A DNA stretch of 64,000 nt from Phototrophicaceae bacterium (GTDB lineage: Bacteria > Chloroflexota > Anaerolineae > Aggregatilineales > Phototrophicaceae), in assembly GCA_965262005.1 (NCBI GenBank), contig OZ253492.1:207321-271320 (forward strand). The letters are read 5' to 3'. Of the stretch, positions 55,674-64,000 are shown piece by piece; position 1 is the first letter of the stretch; every line of letters starts with the position of its first letter. The notes under the pieces were generated by a model, which was not told the DNA's origin, did no database searches, and saw only the letters and a program-made list of their open reading frames with translations. The translations under genes and the position numbers were made by a program.

Positions 55674-55815
55674 CTATGAACCCTCCGGCTCAATTCTGCT
55701 CGCGGTGGGCGAGCCTGTTCTGATCTCTCATCGTTGATAGTGGCAGAAACTGATTACAAGAAGCTTGCTCATTGATAATAGTTATCTTTCAATCTGCAGC
55801 AAGATAGCCAGATAG

Positions 55816-57147
55816 TCAACTTTCCTCCAGTAGAAGCTCGCGCAACAAAGACTGCTCTTCGTCCCGTGAATTGACTTTGCCGTCAATCCAGGCGAAACGC
55901 AGTGCATCCAATATTAGTTTATAACGCGGTCCGGTAGGGATTCCCATGTTAATAAGATCAGCGCCGCTGATGCGCGCCCGTTGATGTCGCCAGACGTTCA
56001 TGTAATCTGCCAGCTTCTTTTGAGAGGTGGGACTGTCGTCGAGGAGCAGCCAAGCGGCATACAATGCCGTATCGGGCAATCGTTCAAGCAGGCGCACAGC
56101 CTCGCTTGGAGGCGAAACAGGGTCGTCCAGTTGGGCGGCTTGCGCTATCAGCCTTGCGCAGGCTGTTATCGACCGCGACAAGTTTTGCGGCAAGTCAAGA
56201 CGCTGGCAAATCGAGCTGGCTTCCTTATCGTTGACGGCAGACAAGAGCAGGCACCAGAGGACGGCCTGTGGTTCACTATCAGCAGAAGGCCACGGCGCTG
56301 TGGTTTCGTGGCAGGACGCCAAGCGCCTCGGCAAATCGGAGATGATGCGGAAGGCCGGTTGGATACTTGTCAGCGCGCCCAGCTCTTGCAGTTGCAGGAG
56401 TATGGCGCCCGCCATTGGCTCGCGCAGAATCAGATCAATCTCGTTGACCAGTCGCTGGCCAGTGATCCGCCCTAGCAGTGGCAACGCTTCTTGCATAAGC
56501 GTTTCGGTTTCTGCTTCAATGGCGAATTGCAGCCGAGAGCCAAGGCGAATGGCGCGAAGAATCCGCGTCGGATCATCAATGAAGCTGCGCTCGTGCAAGA
56601 CTCGAATCAGCCTGTCCTGCAGGTCGCTGTAGCCGCCGCATTCATCGAGCAGCCGGCCTGAGCCCTGCGCAGGGCTGAGTTTGATAGCCAGTGTATTCAA
56701 CGTGAAATCTCGTCGCCACAAGTCAGCATTTATGTCAGCAGGGGAGACTGTGGGCAGGGCCGCGGGCTGGGCGTAGGCCTCCGACCGGGCGCGGGCAAAG
56801 TCGATGTGCTGCGGAAGCTCGTTGGCGGGCAGGGATAGCTTTTCGGCTGCGCTTGCATCGAGAGTCCAGATTGCGGTGCCGAATGGCTTGTGCGCCAGAA
56901 CAGTCCCGCCGAATCGAGCTGAGAGTTGGTCAGCGAAGCCGATGGCATCGGACTCGATTACAAAGTCGAGATCATAATTTGGCCTGTTCAATATTATGTC
57001 GCGAATGACGCCGCCGACCAGAAAGAGGCTGAGCTCGTTTTTCTGCGCGTACCATGCGATGGTGTTGATCAATTTGGCGGTGGCATCGCCCAAGACTCTG
57101 CGGATAGTTATTTCGTCGACAAAGCGGGGTTCACTCGCGCTCGACAT
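55816..57147 (-). CDS. CCA-adding enzyme / poly(A) polymerase-family nucleotidyltransferase
   Basis: Head-domain motifs LVGGVIRDIIL and YDLDFV, plus RDFTLNT. Confidence 0.72.
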   Translation of the reverse strand: MSSASEPRFVDEITIRRVLGDATAKLINTIAWYAQKNELSLFLVGGVIRDIILNRPNYDLDFVIESDAIGFADQLSARFGGTVLAHKPFGTAIWTLDASAAEKLSLPANELPQHIDFARARSEAYAQPAALPTVSPADINADLWRRDFTLNTLAIKLSPAQGSGRLLDECGGYSDLQDRLIRVLHERSFIDDPTRILRAIRLGSRLQFAIEAETETLMQEALPLLGRITGQRLVNEIDLILREPMAGAILLQLQELGALTSIQPAFRIISDLPRRLASCHETTAPWPSADSEPQAVLWCLLLSAVNDKEASSICQRLDLPQNLSRSITACARLIAQAAQLDDPVSPPSEAVRLLERLPDTALYAAWLLLDDSPTSQKKLADYMNVWRHQRARISGADLINMGIPTGPRYKLILDALRFAWIDGKVNSRDEEQSLLRELLLEES

Positions 57148-57165
57148 GTCGGAATTTGTCCCGGC

Positions 57166-57558
57166 TTATGAAACGGGGATCCACGGGCCCACCAGCTCGC
57201 GTTGAATCATGCTGAGAGATGTGGTGAAGTTGAAGAAGGCAAGCAGAGCAAAGGCGAAGGCGGCCCGGCGGTCATCTCTTCCGCTAAGCAAGCTAAATAA
57301 TCCCGGCATAATGATGGCGAGCCATAGCAAATACAGTACATAGACGACTACGCGCTCCGAGCGCGGCTGCAATCCAGCAAGTAACAAAGCGATTCCTACC
57401 AGCAGTGTCACACCAGCGAGCAGGGCGTAAGTTACAACCGCGCCCCAGTAATGTCCTGATATCGCTTCGTTCCGCGCCGCGCTGACGCAAGCCCATGTGC
57501 CCAGCACCAGTGAATAAAGAATGTGCATATTGAAGAGGATTTGGTGAATCTCTGCCAC
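57166..57558 (-). CDS. small 4-TM membrane protein
   Basis: 130 aa, four hydrophobic segments. No family recognised. Confidence 0.4.
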   Translation of the reverse strand: MAEIHQILFNMHILYSLVLGTWACVSAARNEAISGHYWGAVVTYALLAGVTLLVGIALLLAGLQPRSERVVVYVLYLLWLAIIMPGLFSLLSGRDDRRAAFAFALLAFFNFTTSLSMIQRELVGPWIPVS

Positions 57559-57608
57559 GGTCTCACTCCGGTTTCCAATGTCATTTTAGCATATCGCGCC
57601 GGACAGTT

Positions 57609-58547
57609 TCAGGTGATGGTAAGCAGTCCCAGATTTGACGCCAGCCAGACCAAGGCGAGCAGGTTGGCAATTATTAGCGCCGGTCGCTGCATATTGCCGC
57701 CGTCTTGGGCGAGATTGCCACGCATGTCCAATTCCCAGGGAAAGAGGCCGCAGGAAATGACGCCGATAACCAGGACTGTACCGAGCCAATCGGGGAATAG
57801 GCCCTGTAGCATTGCGGCGACCATGCACAGCAGGGCTGCGGCGATGGAGAGAAAACTCAGGATGGCGGTTGGTCGCTCGCCCAGAAGAACTGCGGTGTTC
57901 TCCAGGCCCGCCTGCTTATCGACCTCATAATCAGCCACTTGGTTATAGAATTGCCCGTATGCGGAGAAGAGGGCAGCCGCCGCCATGACCAGCCAGACCG
58001 GGCCCGGTTCATTAGCGTAGGTGAAGAAACCCGTTGCGATAAGCAAGCCGCTGAGCATTAAGGCGTGTGAGATGACATCGGTAAACGGGCGCGCCTTGAA
58101 GCGAAAAGGATGAGCCGAATACAAGTAGCACAGCGCCAGCGTGACAAGGCCCAGAAGCAGCGCCAGCGTTCCGCTTGCGGCGTAGAGGATAAGTGAGATT
58201 ATGAAGGTTGCCCAGGTGACTATGAGACCGTCGCGACGGCTAAGCAGCCCGCTGCTGATGGCGTTGTGCAATTTCTTGTCCGGGTCTCGCGCATCGTCCG
58301 GCGCGTCCTCAATATCGTTGAGCATAAAGGCGAATGACATCGCAAGCAAGTTTGCCGCCAGCACAGCAACCAGCCGCCAGTCTACCGCCACCGACTGCGG
58401 TTCGACCGCCAGCAGACCGCCGATGATAGTCAGCGGAATGGTAAACGGAAAGTGCTCGCGCCAACGTGTCAGACGAAGCGCGGCGGCAAATTTTCCCGCG
58501 CTGTCTTTGTCAATGGATTCTCGCTTTTGTTCTGATTCACCTGCCAT
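57609..58547 (-). CDS. UbiA-family prenyltransferase
   Basis: NDIEDAPDD (N-D-x-x-D-x-x-x-D) and a second Asp-rich region, with about 8 TM helices. Confidence 0.72.
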   Translation of the reverse strand: MAGESEQKRESIDKDSAGKFAAALRLTRWREHFPFTIPLTIIGGLLAVEPQSVAVDWRLVAVLAANLLAMSFAFMLNDIEDAPDDARDPDKKLHNAISSGLLSRRDGLIVTWATFIISLILYAASGTLALLLGLVTLALCYLYSAHPFRFKARPFTDVISHALMLSGLLIATGFFTYANEPGPVWLVMAAAALFSAYGQFYNQVADYEVDKQAGLENTAVLLGERPTAILSFLSIAAALLCMVAAMLQGLFPDWLGTVLVIGVISCGLFPWELDMRGNLAQDGGNMQRPALIIANLLALVWLASNLGLLTIT

Positions 58548-58649
58548 ACAGTTGCCTCTGACTTGCGCTGCAGAGCATATTATACATGAGGCGGCAAATT
58601 GAATGGTTGGCTTGCCAAGGCTGCATTGTATCGCGGGACATCGACCGGT

Positions 58650-60278
58650 ATGATTTCGATCATGATTCGAATAATTGCGTCTACGTTGCTTTGCGGCGCT
58701 TTGCTATCCGCATGCAATCTGAGCAGCACAGCACCGGCGCCAAGCTCGGCATCTGCCGATGGCGGCGACTATCTACAGGGCAAAGTCGAGGTTACGACGG
58801 CGCCAACGGCGATAACTCAGAAAAGTGAACCGACTTCGGCACCTCCGGCGGCTGAAGCGACGCCGAATCGTTGCAATACTGACGCGAGCCGGCCCACGCG
58901 CCACATACGAGCCGAGGTGACTGTCGATTATGGGAGCAAGGCTACCAGCGTCGACCAAGTAATCGAGTTCGTAAATCGTGAAGCGGCGCCGCTAGCAGAA
59001 GTTGTACTTGACGCGCAGGCGAATCAGTGGGAGGGCGGCTTCCACCTGGCGGAGCTTAGGGTCAATGATCTCGAAGTCGACTTTGACTTAGATCGGAATC
59101 GACTTCAAGTCTCCTTGGCGGAAGCGCTGCCTTCCGGCTGCCGGATTGAGATCAAGCTGAAATTCCGTCTGCAGCCGGCGGCAATTCGCGACGGCTTGCG
59201 CTCATATCGGGGATTCTTTGGATACAGCACGCGGCAGCTCAACATGGGACACTTTCTGCCGACGGTTGCGGCGCGTCTCCACGGCGCGTGGAGACTTCAT
59301 GAGCCGATTGGCATCGGGGAGCAAATCGTCTACGAAGTGGCTGACTGGGTGGTCAAGCTAAGGGTTGATGGGGCAGCGGAGTCGCTGCAACTGGCAGCGC
59401 CGGGCAGGGTCAGTTCGATGGGCGCTGGAATGTGGGTCATAGAATTGGAGGACTCTCGGGATTTCGCCTTGAGCCTGAGTGAGACATTCGTCGTGTCGGA
59501 GCGACATCTCGACAACGGCATGTCGATTGCTGTGTATACCTTTGCAGACGCGACTGTCAACGACCGCGGACTTGAGCTCGATGGGGCGGCTCACGTCTTG
59601 CGGGAAGCGGAAAAGACGCTGAAATTGTTCGAGCGACTATTTGGAAAGTATCCCTACGATCGACTCGTAATTGTCCAAGGTGACTTTCCCGATGGGATGG
59701 AATTTACTGGCTTGGTCTTCGTGGGCAGCGCCTGGTTTTACGGTTTTGACGGGACAACCCGGAATTACCTCACCTTGATTTCTGTACATGAGGTTGCGCA
59801 TCAATGGTGGTACGCGCGGGTCGGCAATGATGCGGCGCTCAATCCGTGGCTGGATGAGGCTTTGGCGACCTACAGCGAATACCTCTTCATCGAGGCGACG
59901 TATCCCGAGGACAAGAACTGGTGGTGGACATATCGCGTCGCGGGCTACTTCCCGCAAGGGCAAGTTGATAGAACCGTTTACGAATTCAACACGCCGCGCG
60001 AATACATCAACGCGGTCTACCTCCGTGGCGCACAGATGTTACAGAACTTGCGTCAGGACATCGGCGATGAGGCGTTTTTCCAGCTGCTGCGCGCATATTA
60101 CGCGGCGGGTGATTTGCGGATTGCCGAGCCGCGCTTATTTTGGCATCAACTGCCGGTGGAGCAGCAACTTTTGACGGCCGCGACACGGAACGAATTCCTG
60201 GCCGATCCGTCAGTGCAGCTGGCCTCTCTGCCGCAGGCGGGCGCGGAGGGAGCTGAACCAGAAGGGAATTTCCCATGA
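58650..60278 (+). CDS. M1-family zinc metallopeptidase lipoprotein
   Basis: Start at ATG 58650 with lipobox LLSAC. HEVAHQWW (HExxH) plus the downstream WLDEALATY Glu. Confidence 0.72.
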   Translation: MISIMIRIIASTLLCGALLSACNLSSTAPAPSSASADGGDYLQGKVEVTTAPTAITQKSEPTSAPPAAEATPNRCNTDASRPTRHIRAEVTVDYGSKATSVDQVIEFVNREAAPLAEVVLDAQANQWEGGFHLAELRVNDLEVDFDLDRNRLQVSLAEALPSGCRIEIKLKFRLQPAAIRDGLRSYRGFFGYSTRQLNMGHFLPTVAARLHGAWRLHEPIGIGEQIVYEVADWVVKLRVDGAAESLQLAAPGRVSSMGAGMWVIELEDSRDFALSLSETFVVSERHLDNGMSIAVYTFADATVNDRGLELDGAAHVLREAEKTLKLFERLFGKYPYDRLVIVQGDFPDGMEFTGLVFVGSAWFYGFDGTTRNYLTLISVHEVAHQWWYARVGNDAALNPWLDEALATYSEYLFIEATYPEDKNWWWTYRVAGYFPQGQVDRTVYEFNTPREYINAVYLRGAQMLQNLRQDIGDEAFFQLLRAYYAAGDLRIAEPRLFWHQLPVEQQLLTAATRNEFLADPSVQLASLPQAGAEGAEPEGNFP

Positions 60279-60670
60279 TGTTGGACGCTCAGATCACTTT
60301 CGTTTATACCGACAACCTGGATCGCAGTGCCCGCTTTTATGAGGATGTGCTTGGTCTGCGGCTGGCGCTCGATCAGGGAAGTTGCCGCATCTATCAAGTG
60401 ATAACGGGCGCAGCCTACATCGGCCTTTGCCAAGCTGTGGGCGCCCCATCTGAGGGAGACGGCATCATACTAACGCTGATCACGCAAGATGTTGACGGCT
60501 GGTACGAAAGGATACAGGCGACCGGCTGGGAATGTGAACATCCGCCACGCCGCAATGAGAGCTACGATATTTATCACTTTTTCTTGCGCGACCCGGCCGG
60601 CTACAGGATTGAAATCCAGCGATTCGCCAGCGCGGATTGGGACCAATTGGACGGTGCAATCAGCCGGTAG
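60275..60670 (+). CDS. VOC (glyoxalase/bleomycin-resistance) family protein
   Basis: 131 aa. FYEDVLGL...FFLRDPAGYRIEIQ is a paired beta-alpha-beta-beta-beta signature. 4-nt overlap with the upstream gene. Confidence 0.7.
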   Translation: MMLDAQITFVYTDNLDRSARFYEDVLGLRLALDQGSCRIYQVITGAAYIGLCQAVGAPSEGDGIILTLITQDVDGWYERIQATGWECEHPPRRNESYDIYHFFLRDPAGYRIEIQRFASADWDQLDGAISR

Positions 60671-63356
60671 TCTTCATGCCTGCCGCAATGCCGTTGATGG
60701 TGGCGAGGGTAGAATCGAGTACGGGGCGGCGGCGTTCGTCTGCTTCGTCTAGTTGACGCAATTCGCGCAGCAGCGCCACTTGCATGAAATTCAGCGGATC
60801 GACGTAAGGATTGCGTCGCTGTATCGAGGTCCTGATTGCCGACATGTTGGCGAGCAGATCGTCTTTGTCAGTAACACGCATAATCATCTCGCTGCTCAAG
60901 GCATGCTCCGCTTCTATCCAGTTGAAAAACCGGTCGCGCAATTCGGGCGGCTCCACAAGCGACGCATATAGTTCAGCGATGCCCATATCGGCTTTGGCGA
61001 CATCGAGTTGCGCGTTATCGATGACCGCTTGGAAGAACGACCAACTGCGATACATTTCTTGCAGCAGTTTCATTCCGTTTTCATCGTCAGCGGCGTAGCT
61101 GTTGAAGGCGGCGCCTATTCCAAACCAACTTGGCAAGATGGCGCGACTTTGCATCCAACTGAACATCCAGGGTATGGCGCGCATGGCGGAGAAACCGCCT
61201 TTCGACTGCCGCTTTGCCGGGCGAGAACTAATATGCAGTTGGCTCAACTCGCTTATAGGCGTAGCTTGCTGCCAGTAATCCAGAAAGCCTTCGCTCTCGT
61301 AGACGAATTGGCGGTAGCATTGTTGACTGAGCTCGGAAACGGTTGCCATCGCCTCGAAATAATGTGACGGCACGTGATGCGCTTCTTGCATGCCCATGCC
61401 GATCAAGACGGCGTTCATCACCTGGTTAAGATGGCGATGCGCGATGCCCTTGTTGCTGTAGCGGTAGGCAATGACTTCGCCTTGCTCGGTAATCTTGATG
61501 CCACCTTGCAGCGATTCGGGCGGCTGAGAAAGGATGGCGCGGTTTGTCGGCCCGCCACCGCGGCCGATGCTGCCGCCACGCCCGTGAAAGAGCTCGAGCG
61601 AAACACCTTTTTCTATGCATTTTTCGGTGAGAATACGTTGGGAATTGTAGAGATTCCAGTTGGATGCCAGGTATCCGCCATCTTTGCTGCTATCGGAATA
61701 GCCGATCATCACTTGCTGCCGCAAGCCGCGTTTGCCGGCGCGCGCGACCAAATGCTTGCGGTATTCGGGGTTTTCGAATAGCGCTTCCATTACGGCGGGG
61801 GCGCGATATAGGTCGTCTATCGTTTCAAAGAGCGGGACAATGTAGACATCATTACTAATGCCGACTTCACGCGCGAACAGCAGCATTGTCAGCACATCAC
61901 TCGGCTGTTGGCACATGCTGGCAATAACGCTGTCTATGACAATGCTGTCATAAATGGAATGAGCCTCGGCGATCATGCGCCAGGTGCGTATGACTCTTTG
62001 CGTCGTTTCGGTGAAGATACTGATTTCATTGGGGAAGAGCGGACGCCTGCTACGGATTTCCGCCGTCAGCAGCGTTTGCTTTTCTTCTTCCGGCAGCTCG
62101 CCGAAATTTTCAGCAATGCCATAGTAGTTGAGGATTTCATCCAGAGCGGCGCGGTGCAGATTTGCATCTTCACGAACCTCCAACGGCACAAGGTGCAAGC
62201 CAAACAGGCGAACCTTTCGTATCAAGCGCTGGACTGCGCCCATCGCCGCTCGCTTGCCGCGATGCTTTCGTAGGCTATCTTGCACAATCAGGAGATCATG
62301 CAAGAATTCGCGGCTTGATCGATACTCGTCGGCCTCGAGCTTGCGGTATATGATCGCCATCTTCTGCCGATAGAGTTCGCCTCGGCGCTGCGACAAATGG
62401 CTGCCATGGGCGGACACTTTGGACCTAAGCGCATCTGTTGTGCCAAGTTGGTCGGTGTTTTGCGTGAGATGCTCCTGCAAAAACTCGATCTCCTGAAGAT
62501 ATATTTCTCTTGCCGTTTTCCGCAGGGTAACGAGGGTCTGCAGAGTGACATCGGTCGTGACATTGGGGTTGCCATCGCGGTCGCCACCGATCCATGAGGC
62601 ATAACGCAGCACCGGCGGCAACTCCGACCAGTCTTCTTCCGGGTAAAATTTCTCCAGCGCCATTTGCAAGTCTTCGTAAATGTCGATGACGACATTTACG
62701 ATTACCGATCGGATGAAATAGATGCCGAAATCAACTTCGTCAGCGACCTGTTTCTCGGAGGCGCGCACCAGCCGCGTCTGCCAAAGTTCTTCGATCTCTT
62801 CGGCGAGCTCGCGTTCGAGTTTTGTCAATTCGCGAGGCAGCAGGTCTTGCCGATCGCGTATTTCCATCATCTGCGCGATGTGACGCAGCTTGACGAGAAT
62901 CTCCTGCCGTTTCGCTTCTGATGGATGAGCGGTAAGCACAAGACGAAGGCGCGTTTTCTCCAGTAGATCTCGTATTTCACGCGCTGTTTTGCCGCTGCGT
63001 TTTAGCGTTCCAACGGCGTTGACAATGGACTCCTTTAGCGATCCGTCGGCTTCGCGCTGCCGAATGACGCGTATTCGCTGAAGGTCTTCCGCAATATTGA
63101 TAAGCTGGAAGTAATTGGAGAACGCTTTGATCAGCACATTTTTTGAATCCAGCGGCAGGTTTTCCAGGCGGTCAGCCAGTTGAAAGGCGGCTGAGGCATC
63201 GCCATCGCGGCGCGCCTTTGACATCGCGCGGATCTCTTCGACCAGCTCGTATGCTTCAATGCCGTTCTGCTCTTGAATGATGACGCCCAGCCAATTGCCG
63301 AGCGTATGGATATCCTGGCTGAGGGCAGCGCTGCTTGCCTTGCGTCCACTGCTCAT
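60660..63356 (-). CDS. ppc: phosphoenolpyruvate carboxylase
   Basis: VLTAHPSE, MIGYSDSSKDGG, FHGRGGSIGRGGGP and the C-terminal ...NGIAAGMKTTG. 898 aa. Confidence 0.93.
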   Translation of the reverse strand: MSSGRKASSAALSQDIHTLGNWLGVIIQEQNGIEAYELVEEIRAMSKARRDGDASAAFQLADRLENLPLDSKNVLIKAFSNYFQLINIAEDLQRIRVIRQREADGSLKESIVNAVGTLKRSGKTAREIRDLLEKTRLRLVLTAHPSEAKRQEILVKLRHIAQMMEIRDRQDLLPRELTKLERELAEEIEELWQTRLVRASEKQVADEVDFGIYFIRSVIVNVVIDIYEDLQMALEKFYPEEDWSELPPVLRYASWIGGDRDGNPNVTTDVTLQTLVTLRKTAREIYLQEIEFLQEHLTQNTDQLGTTDALRSKVSAHGSHLSQRRGELYRQKMAIIYRKLEADEYRSSREFLHDLLIVQDSLRKHRGKRAAMGAVQRLIRKVRLFGLHLVPLEVREDANLHRAALDEILNYYGIAENFGELPEEEKQTLLTAEIRSRRPLFPNEISIFTETTQRVIRTWRMIAEAHSIYDSIVIDSVIASMCQQPSDVLTMLLFAREVGISNDVYIVPLFETIDDLYRAPAVMEALFENPEYRKHLVARAGKRGLRQQVMIGYSDSSKDGGYLASNWNLYNSQRILTEKCIEKGVSLELFHGRGGSIGRGGGPTNRAILSQPPESLQGGIKITEQGEVIAYRYSNKGIAHRHLNQVMNAVLIGMGMQEAHHVPSHYFEAMATVSELSQQCYRQFVYESEGFLDYWQQATPISELSQLHISSRPAKRQSKGGFSAMRAIPWMFSWMQSRAILPSWFGIGAAFNSYAADDENGMKLLQEMYRSWSFFQAVIDNAQLDVAKADMGIAELYASLVEPPELRDRFFNWIEAEHALSSEMIMRVTDKDDLLANMSAIRTSIQRRNPYVDPLNFMQVALLRELRQLDEADERRRPVLDSTLATINGIAAGMKTTG

Positions 63357-63441
63357 GTCATACTCCCGTGTGCAAATTGCATGGCACTATAGTTCAACTT
63401 AATGCGCTAATCCAGTACAAGATGGGCTGTGAGGCGGGCGC

Positions 63442-64000
63442 ATGAGCGCGCTTATAGAATGCGTGGCGAACTTCTCTGAGGGACGCAGGCAATCAGTCAT
63501 CGATAGTATCGTCCGCGCCATTGATAGCGCGAGCGGCGTTGCCGTTCTCGGCGCAGAGGCCGATATAGATCACAACCGGTCCGTGGTGACATTTGTGGCC
63601 GCGCCTGAAAAGATCGGCGAGGCTGCCTTCGCAGGCATCGAGCGCGCGGCCGAGCTGATAGCTATGGAGCGTCATAGTGGGCAACATCCGCGGATCGGCG
63701 CTGCGGATGTCGTCCCCTTTGTTCCATTGCGTAACACCAGTATGTCTGAATGCGTCAGACTGGCGACTCAGCTGGGCAGGAGAGTAGGGGAGGCGCTGAA
63801 GCTGCCAGTATTTCTATACGAAAACGCGGCATTGCAAGAAGGCAATCGAAGGCTCGCCGACATCCGACGCGGCGGATACGAGAAACTGAAACTTTTAATC
63901 GCGGCAGGTGAGCCGCCACGGCCAGATTTTGGTCCGCCGCAGATGGGCAAGGCAGGCGGCTGTGTTATCGGCGCCCGCGACTTGTTAATCGCCTACAACG
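63442..64000 (+). CDS. ftcD: glutamate formimidoyltransferase (N-terminal part; runs off the right edge)
   Basis: ATG 63442. MSALIECVANFSEGRRQSVIDSIV...DHNRSVVTFV... matches the formiminotransferase N-subdomain. No stop within the window. Confidence 0.75.
   Translation, partial: MSALIECVANFSEGRRQSVIDSIVRAIDSASGVAVLGAEADIDHNRSVVTFVAAPEKIGEAAFAGIERAAELIAMERHSGQHPRIGAADVVPFVPLRNTSMSECVRLATQLGRRVGEALKLPVFLYENAALQEGNRRLADIRRGGYEKLKLLIAAGEPPRPDFGPPQMGKAGGCVIGARDLLIAYN

Noticed and set aside
1-64000. Genome-wide reassignment of TAG to a sense codon
   Set aside because: TAG terminates cas5e, cse1, IS3 OrfB and the Panacea-like gene at the expected lengths. The residues apparently replaced by TAG are not uniform. 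No suppressor tRNA or pyl gene is visible in the window. The amber bias itself is kept as a testable finding.

Overview
GC-rich bacterial chromosomal window. T/P-rich linkers and a CACAGAGGGCACAGAG-type motif recall Chloroflexota, but taxonomy is inference only. The flanks are ordinary housekeeping genes. 1-8.6 kb holds a DsbA-like protein, HIT, fabG, a PD40 lipoprotein and lon. 42-64 kb holds glycosyltransferases, hpf, comF, pgeF, yggS/yggT, a CcdA/TlpA thiol-redox cluster, a CCA-enzyme-like gene, a UbiA-family gene, an M1 peptidase, ppc and an ftcD-like gene. The middle (about 8.7-41.9 kb, plus an IS3 at 3 kb) is a mobile/defence island. It contains an IS1-family element, two sequence-identical IS3 copies that each have their own 3-bp target duplication, an IS5-family element and IS1-derived MITE-like relics. 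It also has a complete type I-E CRISPR-Cas locus (cas3-cse1-cse2-cas7-cas5-cas6-cas1-cas2, 11 repeats and 10 spacers), two RelE-like toxin modules, a frameshifted integrase and a roughly 6.4-kb adhesin gene broken by one amber codon and three frameshifts. Three observations stand out. (1) The WYL regulator upstream of cas3 lacks its C-terminal WCX module. That module sits, in frame and with no stop codon, at the N-terminus of the cas3 ORF, so removing one nucleotide would give a single HTH-WYL-WCX-Cas3 polypeptide. (2) Two inverted, about 80%-identical copies of a non-coding leader block carry compensatory base changes in two hairpins. In the fuller copy this block precedes a small ORF, an AAA_21-type ATPase and a TOPRIM-like gene, all translationally coupled and now decayed. 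(3) There is a tandem pair of HAD-like paralogs with a D-x-N motif I. Every premature stop I found in recognisable coding remnants is TAG, but TAG also terminates cas5, cse1 and the IS3 transposase where expected, so I read this as decay rather than recoding. I recognised no rRNA or tRNA gene by eye.
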